DNA of 64,000 nt from Candidatus Latescibacterota bacterium (GTDB lineage: Bacteria > Latescibacterota > UBA2968 > GCA-2709665): contig OZ241917.1 of the NCBI GenBank assembly GCA_965203805.1, positions 3,584,001 through 3,648,000 on the forward strand, written 5' to 3'. A model generated the notes under the pieces. It did no database searches. It saw nothing but the letters and a program-made list of their open reading frames with translations, and was not told where the DNA came from. The position numbers and the translations under genes were made by a program. Shown here one piece after another: positions 1 to 10,361 of the stretch; position 1 is the first letter of the stretch, and each line of letters starts with the position of its first letter.

Positions 1-2
1 CG

Positions 3-152
3 CATCTTGATGTCCTCAAATCCCTCTCTTTTTCTCATCACGACCCCTTTGACCGCCTGATCATCGCGCAGAGTATTGTGGACAGGATCCCGATTGTGAG
101 TCGAGACACAATGTTTGACGCCAATCCAATTGAGAGACTCTGGGCGACGTAA
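3..152 (+). CDS. vapC: PIN-domain (VapC-type) toxin, 3' fragment running in from the window edge
   Basis: Manual translation from base 3 gives HLDVLKSLSFSHHDPFDRLIIAQSIVDRIPIVSRDTMFDANPIERLWAT*. The H-x-DPFDR-x-IIAQ and S-x-D motifs are typical of PIN/VapC C-termini. Not in the ORF track. Confidence 0.85.
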   Translation, partial: HLDVLKSLSFSHHDPFDRLIIAQSIVDRIPIVSRDTMFDANPIERLWAT

Positions 153-535
153 TGGCCGACTGCGATCACTACCCATCCATCGAAATACCTGCGGCGCCCT
201 GATTGCCTGTCACCTCGGTTTCAATGCCAAAACCCTCTGCAACAATCCTCGCCGAATACAAACACACCCATACTGTGCCCCGACCAAATCCCTCAATCAA
301 CCGACGAAGCCATTCGTCAGTATCCATTTAGCCCTCAATCCATCGCACGCAGAGTCGCACGATGCCGATTCACGGGGCTCCTCCACGCACCTTTGAACAT
401 CCTGTCCAGCGCATCAATCGACAAATTCACTCCGCGATTGTCATCTATAATCCGTCTTTCCGTCTACATCGCGCGGGCAGGTCGGCGAGGCAGGTAACCC
501 AGAGTCCCTATTTCCAGGACGGGTGGTGATTATTC

Positions 536-679
536 ATGGAACAAATCTCCTCGGAAGACGATCAAATCCATGAAACCAATATACAATCTCAAAAGGGGGT
601 GGTCACCGTGCCACAGATCAAACGGCGAAGGCGCCGCCCGAGGCTTATATTCGTCAAGGGTCGAAGGCGACCAAAGTGA
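536..679 (+). CDS. Putative small Arg/Lys-rich protein (47 aa from ATG 536, or 23 aa from GTG 608)
   Basis: MEQISSEDDQIHETNIQSQKGVVTVPQIKRRRRRPRLIFVKGRRRPK*. SD-like GGTGGTGA before the ATG and AAGGGGGTG before GTG608; TATAAT at 446-451; terminator hairpin directly after the stop. Confidence 0.45.
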   Translation: MEQISSEDDQIHETNIQSQKGVVTVPQIKRRRRRPRLIFVKGRRRPK

Positions 680-692
680 TCAATTTGCGCAA

Positions 693-732
693 AGAATCAC
701 CGGTCTCGTAGAGAGGCCGGTGATTCTATTTT
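693..732 (+). terminator. Intrinsic terminator hairpin
   Basis: AGAATCACCGGTCTC-gtaga-GAGGCCGGTGATTCT (15-bp stem, one G-U pair) followed by ATTTT. Confidence 0.7.
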
Positions 733-1366
733 CACGATCAAGCCTCCACCGTCAAACCAAGAAAGGCAGCGATCAGCCGTTAGCCGTCAGCCAAAACCGA
801 AAACCAAACACCGCAACCCATACAAACCCAACACAGCAAAGCCGGGGCTGGGAGAGAGGTCTGCGCCCTTCTGGTCCTGGTGCGTCACGGCGTCGACGAG
901 ACGTGATGTCGGTTTTAGCTGAAAGCCTTTCTCCGATAGTTGTTTGCTCCTCGCTCACAGAAAATGACCGTATAGACGTATGAATAGCCTTTCGAGAGGG
1001 CTACCAAAGCAGAGCGCGCTGATCCGTCCAGCTACGCGGGTCAATGTGACGCCGTGGGTGTGAGGGCAGCGAATTGTGTGCATTCTGTGAGGGTGTTCGC
1101 GCTGTGCATATGGCAGGCCCCGCCTGCCTGCCGCGCGGGGCTTGGCGCAGGCAGGCGCCCAGCGGCGACTTTTGGTTCCTTTTGGTCGCTTCAAAAGGAA
1201 CACGCCGTAGGCAGGGAATTTGGGGAAAGGGTAGTTTGAATTTGGTCTTCGTCGTTTGAATCAAGCTGACTGCTGATCACCGACTGCTGATAGCTGCTCT
1301 TTCCCTTTGTGTCTCCGTGTGAGCCTTCTGTGTCGCGCCGCTGAACGCTGCTTTTTTTCTCCCCCT

Positions 1367-2560
1367 CTACCCTCGTGAGAGGGGCCGGGAGTTGAGGGTC
1401 TCCCCGCCTTTGGGTATTTTGAATACCAACCCCACGCCGATCAGCATCAGAACGGCGCTGACCTCGAATGCCCGCCGCAGGCCGTATGCGTCTCCCATCA
1501 TGCCGAGCATCAACATCGCCAGTCCCCGAAGCGCGAATCCTCCGCCCATGTAGAGCCCAGTCGCAAACGCCCGGTTTTCCGGGCAGCTTTCCTGGACCAT
1601 CGCCAACACCACCGGTCCGGTCGCAAGCGCGACAAAACCCATAACGACCAGAACGGGAAAGAGAAACCAGCCCTGGCTCTGGAGAAACAGAAACAGCAGG
1701 AGCGGGCTCCCGATCATGGAAAAGGCGAGCACCTGTTTGCGCCCCCACCGGTCGCTGACCCATCCGCCGATCAGCGCCCCCGCGATGCCCGCGCCTTCCA
1801 GCACGGAAAGAGACGCGCCGGCCAGCCACAGGCTCGCGCCTTCTTCATTCAGAAAGGTCGGGAGAAATGCGGTCAGCGAAGCCATCATAAACGCCCTGAC
1901 AAAGACAATCCCGGATAGCGGGACCATAACGGGCGCCATCCGCCGCAGCGCGGCTTGCCACGGGAGCGCGCGATAGAAGGAAAACGCACGGACGGCGCCG
2001 CGCCTCATCCGGAACAGGAGCACCAGCGAGGCCAGGATCCCGGCCGGAATCAAGTAGGTTGTCCCGACGATCCCCCAGAGGCCGATGGCGCTCACGATCA
2101 GGATGGGGCCCAGGGTGCGGCCGAGTTCGCCGCACAACATCCAGATGCCCATGCCGCGCCCCAGGCTCGGACCCGAGAGCATCCCGGCCATCGCCGGTCC
2201 GACCGCGTGAAAGGCGGCTGATGCAAATCCGGTGACGAGCAACAAAGCGACCAGGGACCCATAGTTCGGCGCGACACCGAGCAGGCTCATGGCAATGCCC
2301 GTAAACGCGGGCCCCAGAATCACGAGGAACCGCAGATTCGAGCGGTCCGCCCGATGCCCGATAATCGGCTGAAACACCGACGGCGCCTGTCTCGCCAACA
2401 TCAACAGGCTGGCCTCGGTTTTCGACAGGGAAAGCGTTTGAATGAAGATGGGAAGCAGCGGCGCCAGGAATCCGCTGTACGTGTCGTGTACGGCGTGCCC
2501 GCCGGACAGCACGACCACGTCGGCGGTCTGGAACCGCTCCTCCTGACGCCTATCGGACAT
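1367..2560 (-). CDS. MFS transporter (Fsr/fosmidomycin-resistance-like)
   Basis: 397 aa with about 12 hydrophobic segments; motif A-like G-x-x-(A/S)DR-x-x-(L/G)R in both halves; H-x-V-H-D-x-Y and FHAVG motifs as in Fsr-like MFS proteins. Confidence 0.85.
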   Translation of the reverse strand: MSDRRQEERFQTADVVVLSGGHAVHDTYSGFLAPLLPIFIQTLSLSKTEASLLMLARQAPSVFQPIIGHRADRSNLRFLVILGPAFTGIAMSLLGVAPNYGSLVALLLVTGFASAAFHAVGPAMAGMLSGPSLGRGMGIWMLCGELGRTLGPILIVSAIGLWGIVGTTYLIPAGILASLVLLFRMRRGAVRAFSFYRALPWQAALRRMAPVMVPLSGIVFVRAFMMASLTAFLPTFLNEEGASLWLAGASLSVLEGAGIAGALIGGWVSDRWGRKQVLAFSMIGSPLLLFLFLQSQGWFLFPVLVVMGFVALATGPVVLAMVQESCPENRAFATGLYMGGGFALRGLAMLMLGMMGDAYGLRRAFEVSAVLMLIGVGLVFKIPKGGETLNSRPLSRG

Positions 2561-2742
2561 AGGATGCTCACACGTGAAAAAGCGGCCCGTACTGACCGCT
2601 TTTCCAGCCTCTTCAATTCACAAAACGGGAATTCACATGGTTGGACCTGCCCGCCTGTCCAGCCAGCGCAGCCAGGCGGGCTGAAGCAGGCGAGGCAGGC
2701 AGGATAGACAGGTTAACGTCCCCGAAAATTGAGGAATCATAG

Positions 2743-4116
2743 TCAGACGCGCACCCAATACAGCTGGTTGTCGATGGTCTCGCCCTCGTCCGTGTATCGG
2801 GATTCGCCCAGCGTGTAGATGAATGACGGACGGGCGCCTGCCGGGATCGGGTTGGCGCCGTTCGGGCGTTCCAGGGAAGACATAACCTGACCCTCTTCAG
2901 GGTCGAATGCAAGCACCTCGCGCGGCGTGAACGTCTCCCCGTAATCGGACGATTCGAGCCACACGATTCGTGAGAGTTCATCATGCTCGCGCAGCCAGAA
3001 GGTGGGCAGGCCATGGATGCCGGGGGACCAGTTCTTGTCCGGGTGACCCAGGGGAACGAGTTGGGCGAGAATGCAAAGGACGTCATCGGACGTCATGATC
3101 GGCTTGAAGGCGACCATCCCCCAGCCGGGCCAGTGCGACGCCACGGCCTCACTCAACGGTAGTTCACGCCACTTCCCGGCGTCGGGCGTCTTCAAGTAGG
3201 CACGACAGGGCGTGGGTGTGTGGCGCACGTAGCCGACGTAGGGCCGGTCCTTCGAATCGACGGCCAGGCCGCAGTGGTCAATGCCTGGCTTGGGGTTGTT
3301 GCTCTCACCCTCCTCCAGCAGGTCGAGCGTGTCGGTCGTCGCCGGAAGCGGAACCGGCGTCCCGTCGGCTTTCTGCCAGGCGCGGCCGGAGTCGAACGAG
3401 CGCATGTAGCCCACCGCTTGATACAGACCGGATACGTCGCGTGAGTGCTCTCCCGCATTCGGCTTGCGACCCAGGAAAAAGGCCGTGCTCATGTGCATTG
3501 TCTTCCTGCCCGGGCCCCAGGCCACGTCGTTGTTCATGCCGGTGTACCCCGTGAAACGCGGCTGCCGGGTCACGATCAGGCCACGGCTCCGCCACGGGCC
3601 CCCAGAAGGTCTTTCCCACATCTCCATGCCCTTGTGGCTGCCGTCTCGGACCATGAGGTGAAGCGTGTCGTCGGGGCCGCACAGGAGCACGGGATAGGTG
3701 TTTCGGCCAAAGGCCTCGACGGGGGTCCACGCCGACGTATCGTGCGGCCGCAGCGAACGCTGGTACTGCAGAGGCGAGTTGTGTCCGCCCATGACCATAT
3801 GCAGGTAGCCCCGGCTATCGACCGCAAGGGTGGGACGCGAATGCTCGTCGACGCCCTCGGCCAGGAGAGCGCCGGCGGTCCACCTGCCCGATTCATGATC
3901 GAGCGTGCGTACCCTTGCGAAGTACCTCTGGTCGTACGAGTCCTGCCAGGCAATGTGGGTTCTTCCGGCGCAGGTAACGATCTTGTTCCCCGGGCCCTGG
4001 CTCGCGCGTTCGCCGGCGATTACGGACAGCAAGGCGTCGCCGCGGTTGCGATCGGCAGCGGCGAACGGATCGCCCACGTCGCAGGTCCTGATACGTTCGA
4101 GCAACTCAGTCTCCAT
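2743..4116 (-). CDS. BNR/Asp-box (sialidase-like beta-propeller) protein, BNR-4-like
   Basis: Asp boxes SFDSGRAW and SSDYGETF; D-x-H-x-x-P-x-L-x-x-D-x-x-G-x-L-H-x-x-x-G-x-H motif; GAGGAG RBS upstream. Confidence 0.75.
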   Translation of the reverse strand: METELLERIRTCDVGDPFAAADRNRGDALLSVIAGERASQGPGNKIVTCAGRTHIAWQDSYDQRYFARVRTLDHESGRWTAGALLAEGVDEHSRPTLAVDSRGYLHMVMGGHNSPLQYQRSLRPHDTSAWTPVEAFGRNTYPVLLCGPDDTLHLMVRDGSHKGMEMWERPSGGPWRSRGLIVTRQPRFTGYTGMNNDVAWGPGRKTMHMSTAFFLGRKPNAGEHSRDVSGLYQAVGYMRSFDSGRAWQKADGTPVPLPATTDTLDLLEEGESNNPKPGIDHCGLAVDSKDRPYVGYVRHTPTPCRAYLKTPDAGKWRELPLSEAVASHWPGWGMVAFKPIMTSDDVLCILAQLVPLGHPDKNWSPGIHGLPTFWLREHDELSRIVWLESSDYGETFTPREVLAFDPEEGQVMSSLERPNGANPIPAGARPSFIYTLGESRYTDEGETIDNQLYWVRV

Positions 4117-4301
4117 TGCTCTCCTCCCTCGTCATCCATCGAGCGCCAGATGCTCTTTATGCGACAAGCGCCCGGGATATCCCGGGCGCAAAAGAAAAGA
4201 CTGGATAACTGAATGTAAGTCAATTCGCTATGGAAACTCAAGAACGAGTGTTTGTGGCTTTCTGCGCGCAACATTGCTGACGATGCCGCCAGAGAAACCA
4301 G

Positions 4302-4936
4302 GCCTCCGCGCATATGGGCCGGCGATGGCTTCCGCTGAACGTCAACCCGAGAAGACGGGAGATTCTTCGCTCCGCTCAGAATGACATGTGTTGCAATGGC
4401 TATGAGCGAAATGTTCCGGTCATACCTTCTTCCGACCGTCATCGTGAAGAAGCCGCGGTGAGGGTGGGGCAGACATTCCTGTCTGCCCACGTCAATGTCT
4501 TTCTGTCGGCATGGACGTAGACTGAGGAAGCCGCCAATGAAAGGAAGCGTCCGCGCATATGGGCTGGCGATGGCTTACGCTGAACGTCAACCCGAGAAGA
4601 CGGGAGATTCTTCGCTCCGCTCAGAATGACATGTGTTGCAATGGCTATAAGCGAGATGTTTCGGTCATACCTTCGCCCAAACTGTCATCCTGAGGAAGCC
4701 GCCCTGCCTGGCAGCGGTTCACCGGCAGGCAGGCTGACGAAGGATCTACTGCAGCATCGCTTGATACCCGAGCGTCTTCTGTCATTCGCAGGGACCTGGC
4801 AGGCGGCACGTTTGCGCCTACACGGTCAGGCTGACGCGGCGCGTGTGTTGATGCGCCCGCCCAAACTGTCATCCTGAGGAAGCCGCGAGGCTGCTCCCCT
4901 ATCCGCCCCGGGGAGGGGCTGGGGGAGGGGTCGCCA
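4302..4936. repeat. Composite palindromic-repeat spacer A (REP/REPIN-like modules)
   Basis: GGGAGATTCTTCGCTCCGCTCAGAATGACA at 4357 and 4602 (245 bp apart); palindrome GTGGGGCAGACATTCCTGTCTGCCCAC; TGTCATCCTGAGGAAG...GAAGGATCT block at 4682-4759; CTCCCCT...GGGGAGGGG hairpin at 4891-4936. Confidence 0.9.
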
Positions 4937-7318
4937 CTACTCATACCGTAGCGCGTCCACTGGATTCGCGCGGGCTGCTTTGAGCGTCTCATAGCTCACG
5001 GTCAGTAGCGCAATGCACAACGCTAACAAGCCCCCAAGGACAAACGTGGAGATGGCCGGATCAATCCGGTAGGCGAAATTCTCCAGCCATCTCGTCATCG
5101 CAAAGTAGGCGATCGGCCAGGCGACGAGATTGGCAGCACCGACAAGCAGGACATATTCTTTTGACAAGAGCAAGACAATACTGGAAACAGATGCCCCCAA
5201 CGCCTTCCGGATACCGATCTCCTTGGTACGTTGTTGCACGCTTATGGACGCCAGACCAAACAGACCAAGGGCGGCCACGACAATCGCCAGGACTGAGAAA
5301 CTGCCGAATAGCATCCCCAGCCGAGCTTCCGTCCGGTACAGCCGGTCGAATGACGTATCCAGGAACGAGTATTCAAACGGCGTATTCGGTACGACTTCGC
5401 GCCACTGAGTTCTCAGGAAATCCACCGTGCCGGCAACATCCTCCGGGCTGATCCGGATTGAAAGGTAGTCTTTCCAGCCCCAATCGCCCATCATGATCAC
5501 AAGTGGTTCGATTTCATGATGGAGAGATTTGTAATGAAAGTCGTTCACGACGCCGATCACGTCTCCTCGATCTTCCCCGGCCAAGCCAGTGCCATCCGGA
5601 ACGACCAATTCCAGCTCCTTACCTGCACAGGATACCCATCCGAATGCCCGCATGGCCGCCTGATTCAGCATGAAGGCGCCCGTGCGGTCGCTTCCGAACT
5701 CATCTGAAAAGTTCCTTCCCTCCAGGACTTCAATGCCAAATGTCCTTATGAACTCGTGGTCTACGTGAAACACATTCAGCAACAGGGGATCTCTAGCTGC
5801 TTCTTCCCCCGGTGGACGGAAGAGGTGGCTGGAAATCACACGGCCGGGCACGGTGGATGAGGCAGACACGTTTATTACAGAACTGTGTAATGACACAGCG
5901 TTTTCATATCGTCCCATAATATCGCTGCCGCCGTACGGTACGATGAGCACATGGTCTTCGCGAAAACCAAGACGCTTGTTGCGAACAAAACCTGCCTGGT
6001 CATATACGACACCCGTCCCTATTAACAGAATGACAGAAGTGGCGAATTGGACGACGACAAGCGTCCTTTGCATACTTGATTTCCTTGTGCCAACGCCAAT
6101 CACACCCTTCAAGCCGGCGACCGGCCGTGTCGCGGAGAGAAAAACGGCGGGATAGCTCCCGGCGAGTACACCTGTAAACAGCAACATGCCGATCAGCGAC
6201 AGCACGACATCCCGGCGCATCAGGTCATCCAATGCCAGGTCGCGTTCGACAAAGGCGCCAAATGACGGCAGCACAATTTCGACCAATACGACGGCGATGC
6301 TGATGGCAATTGAAGCCAGCAACGTCGATTCGCCCAGAAACTGGAAGATTAGCTGCCGTCGAATTGCGCCAACCGCTCCCCGTATACCTACTTCCTTCGT
6401 CCGGTACACAGAACGGGCAGTCGAAAGATTCGTAAAATTGATGCAGGCGAGCAGTAATACGAGAAAAGCGATGGCGAGTAAGAAATAGACATACCGGACG
6501 TCCCCGTTGGGACTGATTTCGTGTTCCAGGTGCGAATGGAGATGGATGTCGGTCAAAGGCTGTAAAAACGACTTCAACTCTATTCCTGACTGGCTGACTT
6601 GCGCGCCTATGTGTCTACTTATAAAATCAGGCAACTGTCGTTTCAGTTCGGCCACAGTCTGCCTGTCCTGCAATAGCAGATAGGTATAGAAATCGTGGTC
6701 GAACCATCCTTTTTTCTTTACGGGTGATGCCAGAAAATCGAACTGCAGATGAGATCTGTAATCGGTGTGCCTAAGAACTCCTGTGACCCTGTACGCCTTG
6801 CCGCCAACCGTAAGCGTCTGATCCAGAGGCTCCAGATCACCGAAATACTTACGAGCCATCGCTTCGGTCAGAACGATAGAATGTGGCTCCAGAAGCGCCT
6901 TATCAGGTTCTCCCTTGCTCAGAGGAAATTCGAAAACCTTGAAGACGTTGGCGTCCGTGTACAGGACGCCTTTTTCGTAAGACTTCACACGCTGATTCCC
7001 AACCAGCGTTTTTTCTTCATCTCTGTAAAATCGGATGGCATCGACCACGAACGGATAGTCCTGAACGAGTGCAGGGCCGATCGGGTATTGTGTTATCGCA
7101 ATCCATCGCGTTTTTCCTTCTATACGTACCTCGTGGGCAAGCCTGAAAATCCGATCCGCGTTTTCGTGGTGCCGGTCATAGCTCAGTTCATCTTGAACGT
7201 AAAGGAGAATGAGCATGCAGCAGGCCATGCCGATTGCAAGCCCGAGGATATTGATCGCCGAAAACGTCTTGTTCCTCATCAAATTGCGAATGGCGACTTT
7301 CAGGTAGTTTGCGACCAC
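4937..7318 (-). CDS. ABC transporter permease, duplicated MacB-PCD/FtsX architecture (paralogue 1)
   Basis: 793 aa; N-terminal NYLKVAIRNL...INILGLAIG; RTKEVGIR and RTKEIGIRKALGAS motifs; C-terminal ANPVDALRYE; AGGAGGTG RBS before the GTG start. Confidence 0.93.
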   Translation of the reverse strand: MVANYLKVAIRNLMRNKTFSAINILGLAIGMACCMLILLYVQDELSYDRHHENADRIFRLAHEVRIEGKTRWIAITQYPIGPALVQDYPFVVDAIRFYRDEEKTLVGNQRVKSYEKGVLYTDANVFKVFEFPLSKGEPDKALLEPHSIVLTEAMARKYFGDLEPLDQTLTVGGKAYRVTGVLRHTDYRSHLQFDFLASPVKKKGWFDHDFYTYLLLQDRQTVAELKRQLPDFISRHIGAQVSQSGIELKSFLQPLTDIHLHSHLEHEISPNGDVRYVYFLLAIAFLVLLLACINFTNLSTARSVYRTKEVGIRGAVGAIRRQLIFQFLGESTLLASIAISIAVVLVEIVLPSFGAFVERDLALDDLMRRDVVLSLIGMLLFTGVLAGSYPAVFLSATRPVAGLKGVIGVGTRKSSMQRTLVVVQFATSVILLIGTGVVYDQAGFVRNKRLGFREDHVLIVPYGGSDIMGRYENAVSLHSSVINVSASSTVPGRVISSHLFRPPGEEAARDPLLLNVFHVDHEFIRTFGIEVLEGRNFSDEFGSDRTGAFMLNQAAMRAFGWVSCAGKELELVVPDGTGLAGEDRGDVIGVVNDFHYKSLHHEIEPLVIMMGDWGWKDYLSIRISPEDVAGTVDFLRTQWREVVPNTPFEYSFLDTSFDRLYRTEARLGMLFGSFSVLAIVVAALGLFGLASISVQQRTKEIGIRKALGASVSSIVLLLSKEYVLLVGAANLVAWPIAYFAMTRWLENFAYRIDPAISTFVLGGLLALCIALLTVSYETLKAARANPVDALRYE

Positions 7319-7344
7319 GTAGGGTCACCTCCTGCGTTTCATTG

Positions 7345-7944
7345 ACGCGACTTCGCTCAGAATGAATGGACGCCCGCCCAAGCTGTCATGTTGACGAATC
7401 CGATGTAAGGGTGGGGCGGAGATTCCTGTCTGCCTGCCTCGCGTCGTACGGGCTGCCTGAATGCGGGCATTTCGACAAGCTTACTTCGGCAAGCTCAGCA
7501 CAGGCAATGACCACGCGTTCCTAGGCAATCTTGGATTTCGCTCAGAATAACAGGCCGGCCGCTCGCTAATCCTGTCATCCTGAGGAAGCCGCCCTGCCTG
7601 ACAGCGGTTCACCGGCAGGCAGGCTGACGAAGGATCTACTGCAGCATCGGACCATCACCGCGCGGCTTGTACGTGTCGGTACCTGAGAGGCGGCACGTTT
7701 GCGCCTACACGGCCAGGCGGAGCAAGCGCGTCTGACGATGCCTCCGCGCATATGGGCGAATGAAGGGATCCACCGCACGTCAACCCGAGAAGACGGGAGA
7801 TTCTTCGCTCCGCTCAGAATGACAACTTGGGCGATGGACATCCACGAAACGTATCCTTCACCCGCTCGCCAAACATGCCATCCTGAGAGGCGGCACATCT
7901 GCTCCCCTCTCCGTGCAGGGGAGGGGCTGGGGGAGGGGTCGCCA
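7345..7944. repeat. Composite palindromic-repeat spacer B
   Basis: Same modules as spacer A in a different order: partial CTTCGCTCAGAATGAA arm, TTCGACAAGCT-type palindrome near 7471-7512, block at 7572-7649, AGATTCTTCGCTCCGCTCAGAATGACA at 7795, G-rich hairpin at 7899-7944. Confidence 0.9.
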
Positions 7945-10335
7945 TCACTCATACCGTAACGCGTCGACTGGATTCGCCCACGCTGCTTTACAGCTCTTGT
8001 AGCCAACTGTAAGTAGTGCAATACTCAGCGATAGCAATCCCCCCAGAACAAATGTCGCGATCGCTGGATCGACCCTGTAGGCGAAATTCTCCAGCCACCT
8101 GATCATGGCATAATAGGCGATCGGCCATGCCACGACATTTGCAACACCGACAAGCAGTACATATTCTCTGGACAAGAGTAAGACGATGTTGGAAACAGAT
8201 GCCCCCACTGCCTTCCGGATACCGATTTCCTTGGTTCTTTGTTGCACACTGATGGACGCCAGGCCGAACAGACCAAGTGCTGCTACGACAATCGCCAGGA
8301 TGGAGAACACGCCGAGAAGCGTCGCGAGTCGAACTTCCGTACGGTAAAGCTGATCGAAAGACGTGTCCAGGAACGAATATTCAAACGGCGTATTCGGCAC
8401 AACGTCGCGCCACCGCGATTTCAGAAAATCCAGCGTGCCGGCAACATCCTCCGGACGTATTCGGATCGACAGATAGTTTACCCATCCCCTGTCTACCAGC
8501 ATGATCACAAGCGGTTCGATTTCGTGATGCAGCGATTTGTAGTGAAAGTCCTTCACAACGCCCACTACATCTCCCTGGACGTTCACCTTGAATTGACCAC
8601 GTTCCGGAAAGACATGCGCCAATTTCTTGTTCTCACAGGACGTCCACCCCAATTTCCGCATAGCCTCTTGATTGAGTAGGAATGTCCCGAATCGATCGCT
8701 TCCGAATTCCTTCGAAAAGTCTCGCCCCTCCAGCACTTCAATTCCAAATGTAGAGATAAACCCGTGACCCGCAAAAACCACATTGAATCCCAAAGCATCG
8801 CTGCTTCCGCCGTCGACGACGGGTCGAAACAGGTGACTTGCTATCCTCCGACCTGGCACGGTCGACGAAGCAGAGACATCCAATACCGAACTGTATGCCG
8901 TCACCGCGTTCTTGTATCGCTCCATGGCATCCGCGTCACCATGGGGCATTACGAGCACGTGTTCTTCTTGGAATCCCAGGCGCTTGTTGCGTATGAAACT
9001 CGCCTGGTCGTAAACCACAGCCGTCCCAATCACAAGTACGATTGAAATAGCAAACTGAACGACGACAAGCGTCCTTTGTAAACTCAGTTTGTTGGTACCG
9101 GCACGCGCCAAACCCTTTATTGCTGCAACCGGTTGAAAGGAGGAGAGAAACAGGGCGGGATAGCTTCCGGACAGAACTCCGGTAAACAGTACGATGCCAA
9201 CGAAGCCCAATAAGAGTCCACTGCCTCGCAGATATTCAAGATTCAGGTCACGTTCCACGAAGGCGCCAAATGTGGGTAGTGCAGTCTCGACGAACACGAC
9301 GGCGACAATTGTTGAAATTGCAGCGATAAGGGTCGAATCTCCCAGAAACTGAAGAATCATCTGTTGTCGTTTTGCACCGACCGCTTTCCTCAGTCCCACC
9401 TCCTTCGACCGGTACGTGCAATGGGCGGTCGAAAGAATCGTATAATTGATGCACGCCAGCAGCAACACAAAGAGAGCAATTGCAATGAATAGGTAGACAT
9501 TTCGAATATCCCCGTTCTGGCCGATCTCGAATTCCAGACGGGAATACAGATGAATATCGGCCAACGGCTGCAGGAAGGGTTTCATCTCCACCTGCCTGGC
9601 TTTGTCTCTTTCGCGAATATGCCGCTCGACAAAATCGGGCAATGCCTGCGCCAACCCGGATGCAGCATTTTCGTCCCTCAAGAGCAGATAGGTATAATAG
9701 CTGTGAGCAATCCAGCCGTCGTCGTCACTTTCTATGGGCGTTGCCAGAAAGTCGAACCGCAAATGGGTGTTGTACGTGGGTCCTTCCAGGATGCCGGTGA
9801 CCTTATACAATTTCCGGTCCACCGAGAGGGGCCGCCCCACCGGGTCATCGTCGCCGAAATATTTCCGAGCCATTGCTGCTGACAGCACGATGGAATACGG
9901 TTCCAGAAGCGCCGTCTGAGAGTCTCCCTTGCTCAGTGGAAAATCAAAGACCCGAAAGATGTTCGAATCCGTGAACATTACGCCGGGCTCGTAGAAATAG
10001 TCCTCCCTGGTTTCAACCAGTGTTTTCTCGCCTATATCCCGGAAAAGCCTGACGGCATCGACAACTGTTGGATAGTCCTGCACGAGAGCCGGACCCATCT
10101 GGAACGGCGTAACCGCAACACGATGCGTCTTCCCACTCACGCGAACCTCATCAGCAAGTCGGAAGATTCGACTCGCGTTCTCATGGTGTCTGTCATAGCT
10201 CAGTTCATCCTGAACGTAGAGGAGAATGAGCATGCAGCAGGCCATGCCGATTGCAAGACCGAGAATATTGATGGCCGAAAACGACTTGTTCCTCATCAAA
10301 TTGCGAATGGCGACTTTCAGGTAGTTTGCGACCAC
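7945..10335 (-). CDS. ABC transporter permease, duplicated MacB-PCD/FtsX architecture (paralogue 2)
   Basis: 796 aa; N-terminus nearly identical to paralogue 1; RSKEVGLRK and RTKEIGIRKAVGAS motifs; ANPVDALRYE end. Confidence 0.93.
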   Translation of the reverse strand: MVANYLKVAIRNLMRNKSFSAINILGLAIGMACCMLILLYVQDELSYDRHHENASRIFRLADEVRVSGKTHRVAVTPFQMGPALVQDYPTVVDAVRLFRDIGEKTLVETREDYFYEPGVMFTDSNIFRVFDFPLSKGDSQTALLEPYSIVLSAAMARKYFGDDDPVGRPLSVDRKLYKVTGILEGPTYNTHLRFDFLATPIESDDDGWIAHSYYTYLLLRDENAASGLAQALPDFVERHIRERDKARQVEMKPFLQPLADIHLYSRLEFEIGQNGDIRNVYLFIAIALFVLLLACINYTILSTAHCTYRSKEVGLRKAVGAKRQQMILQFLGDSTLIAAISTIVAVVFVETALPTFGAFVERDLNLEYLRGSGLLLGFVGIVLFTGVLSGSYPALFLSSFQPVAAIKGLARAGTNKLSLQRTLVVVQFAISIVLVIGTAVVYDQASFIRNKRLGFQEEHVLVMPHGDADAMERYKNAVTAYSSVLDVSASSTVPGRRIASHLFRPVVDGGSSDALGFNVVFAGHGFISTFGIEVLEGRDFSKEFGSDRFGTFLLNQEAMRKLGWTSCENKKLAHVFPERGQFKVNVQGDVVGVVKDFHYKSLHHEIEPLVIMLVDRGWVNYLSIRIRPEDVAGTLDFLKSRWRDVVPNTPFEYSFLDTSFDQLYRTEVRLATLLGVFSILAIVVAALGLFGLASISVQQRTKEIGIRKAVGASVSNIVLLLSREYVLLVGVANVVAWPIAYYAMIRWLENFAYRVDPAIATFVLGGLLSLSIALLTVGYKSCKAAWANPVDALRYE

Positions 10336-10361
10336 GTAGGGTCACCTCCTGCGTTTCATTG

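Noticed and set aside
570-983. 137-aa ORF from the track
   Set aside because: It reads through a strong terminator hairpin and low-complexity tracts; the shorter ORF at 536-679 fits the RBS and terminator better.
2565-2580. parS-like CACGTGAAAA (and CTACGTGAAACA near 5761)
   Set aside because: Only half of the palindrome matches the consensus.
4020-4992. Short ORFs containing VILSGAKNL or FFAPLRMT (also near 7575, 10417, 13290, 13594)
   Set aside because: They are translations of the palindromic repeat arms, not a protein family.
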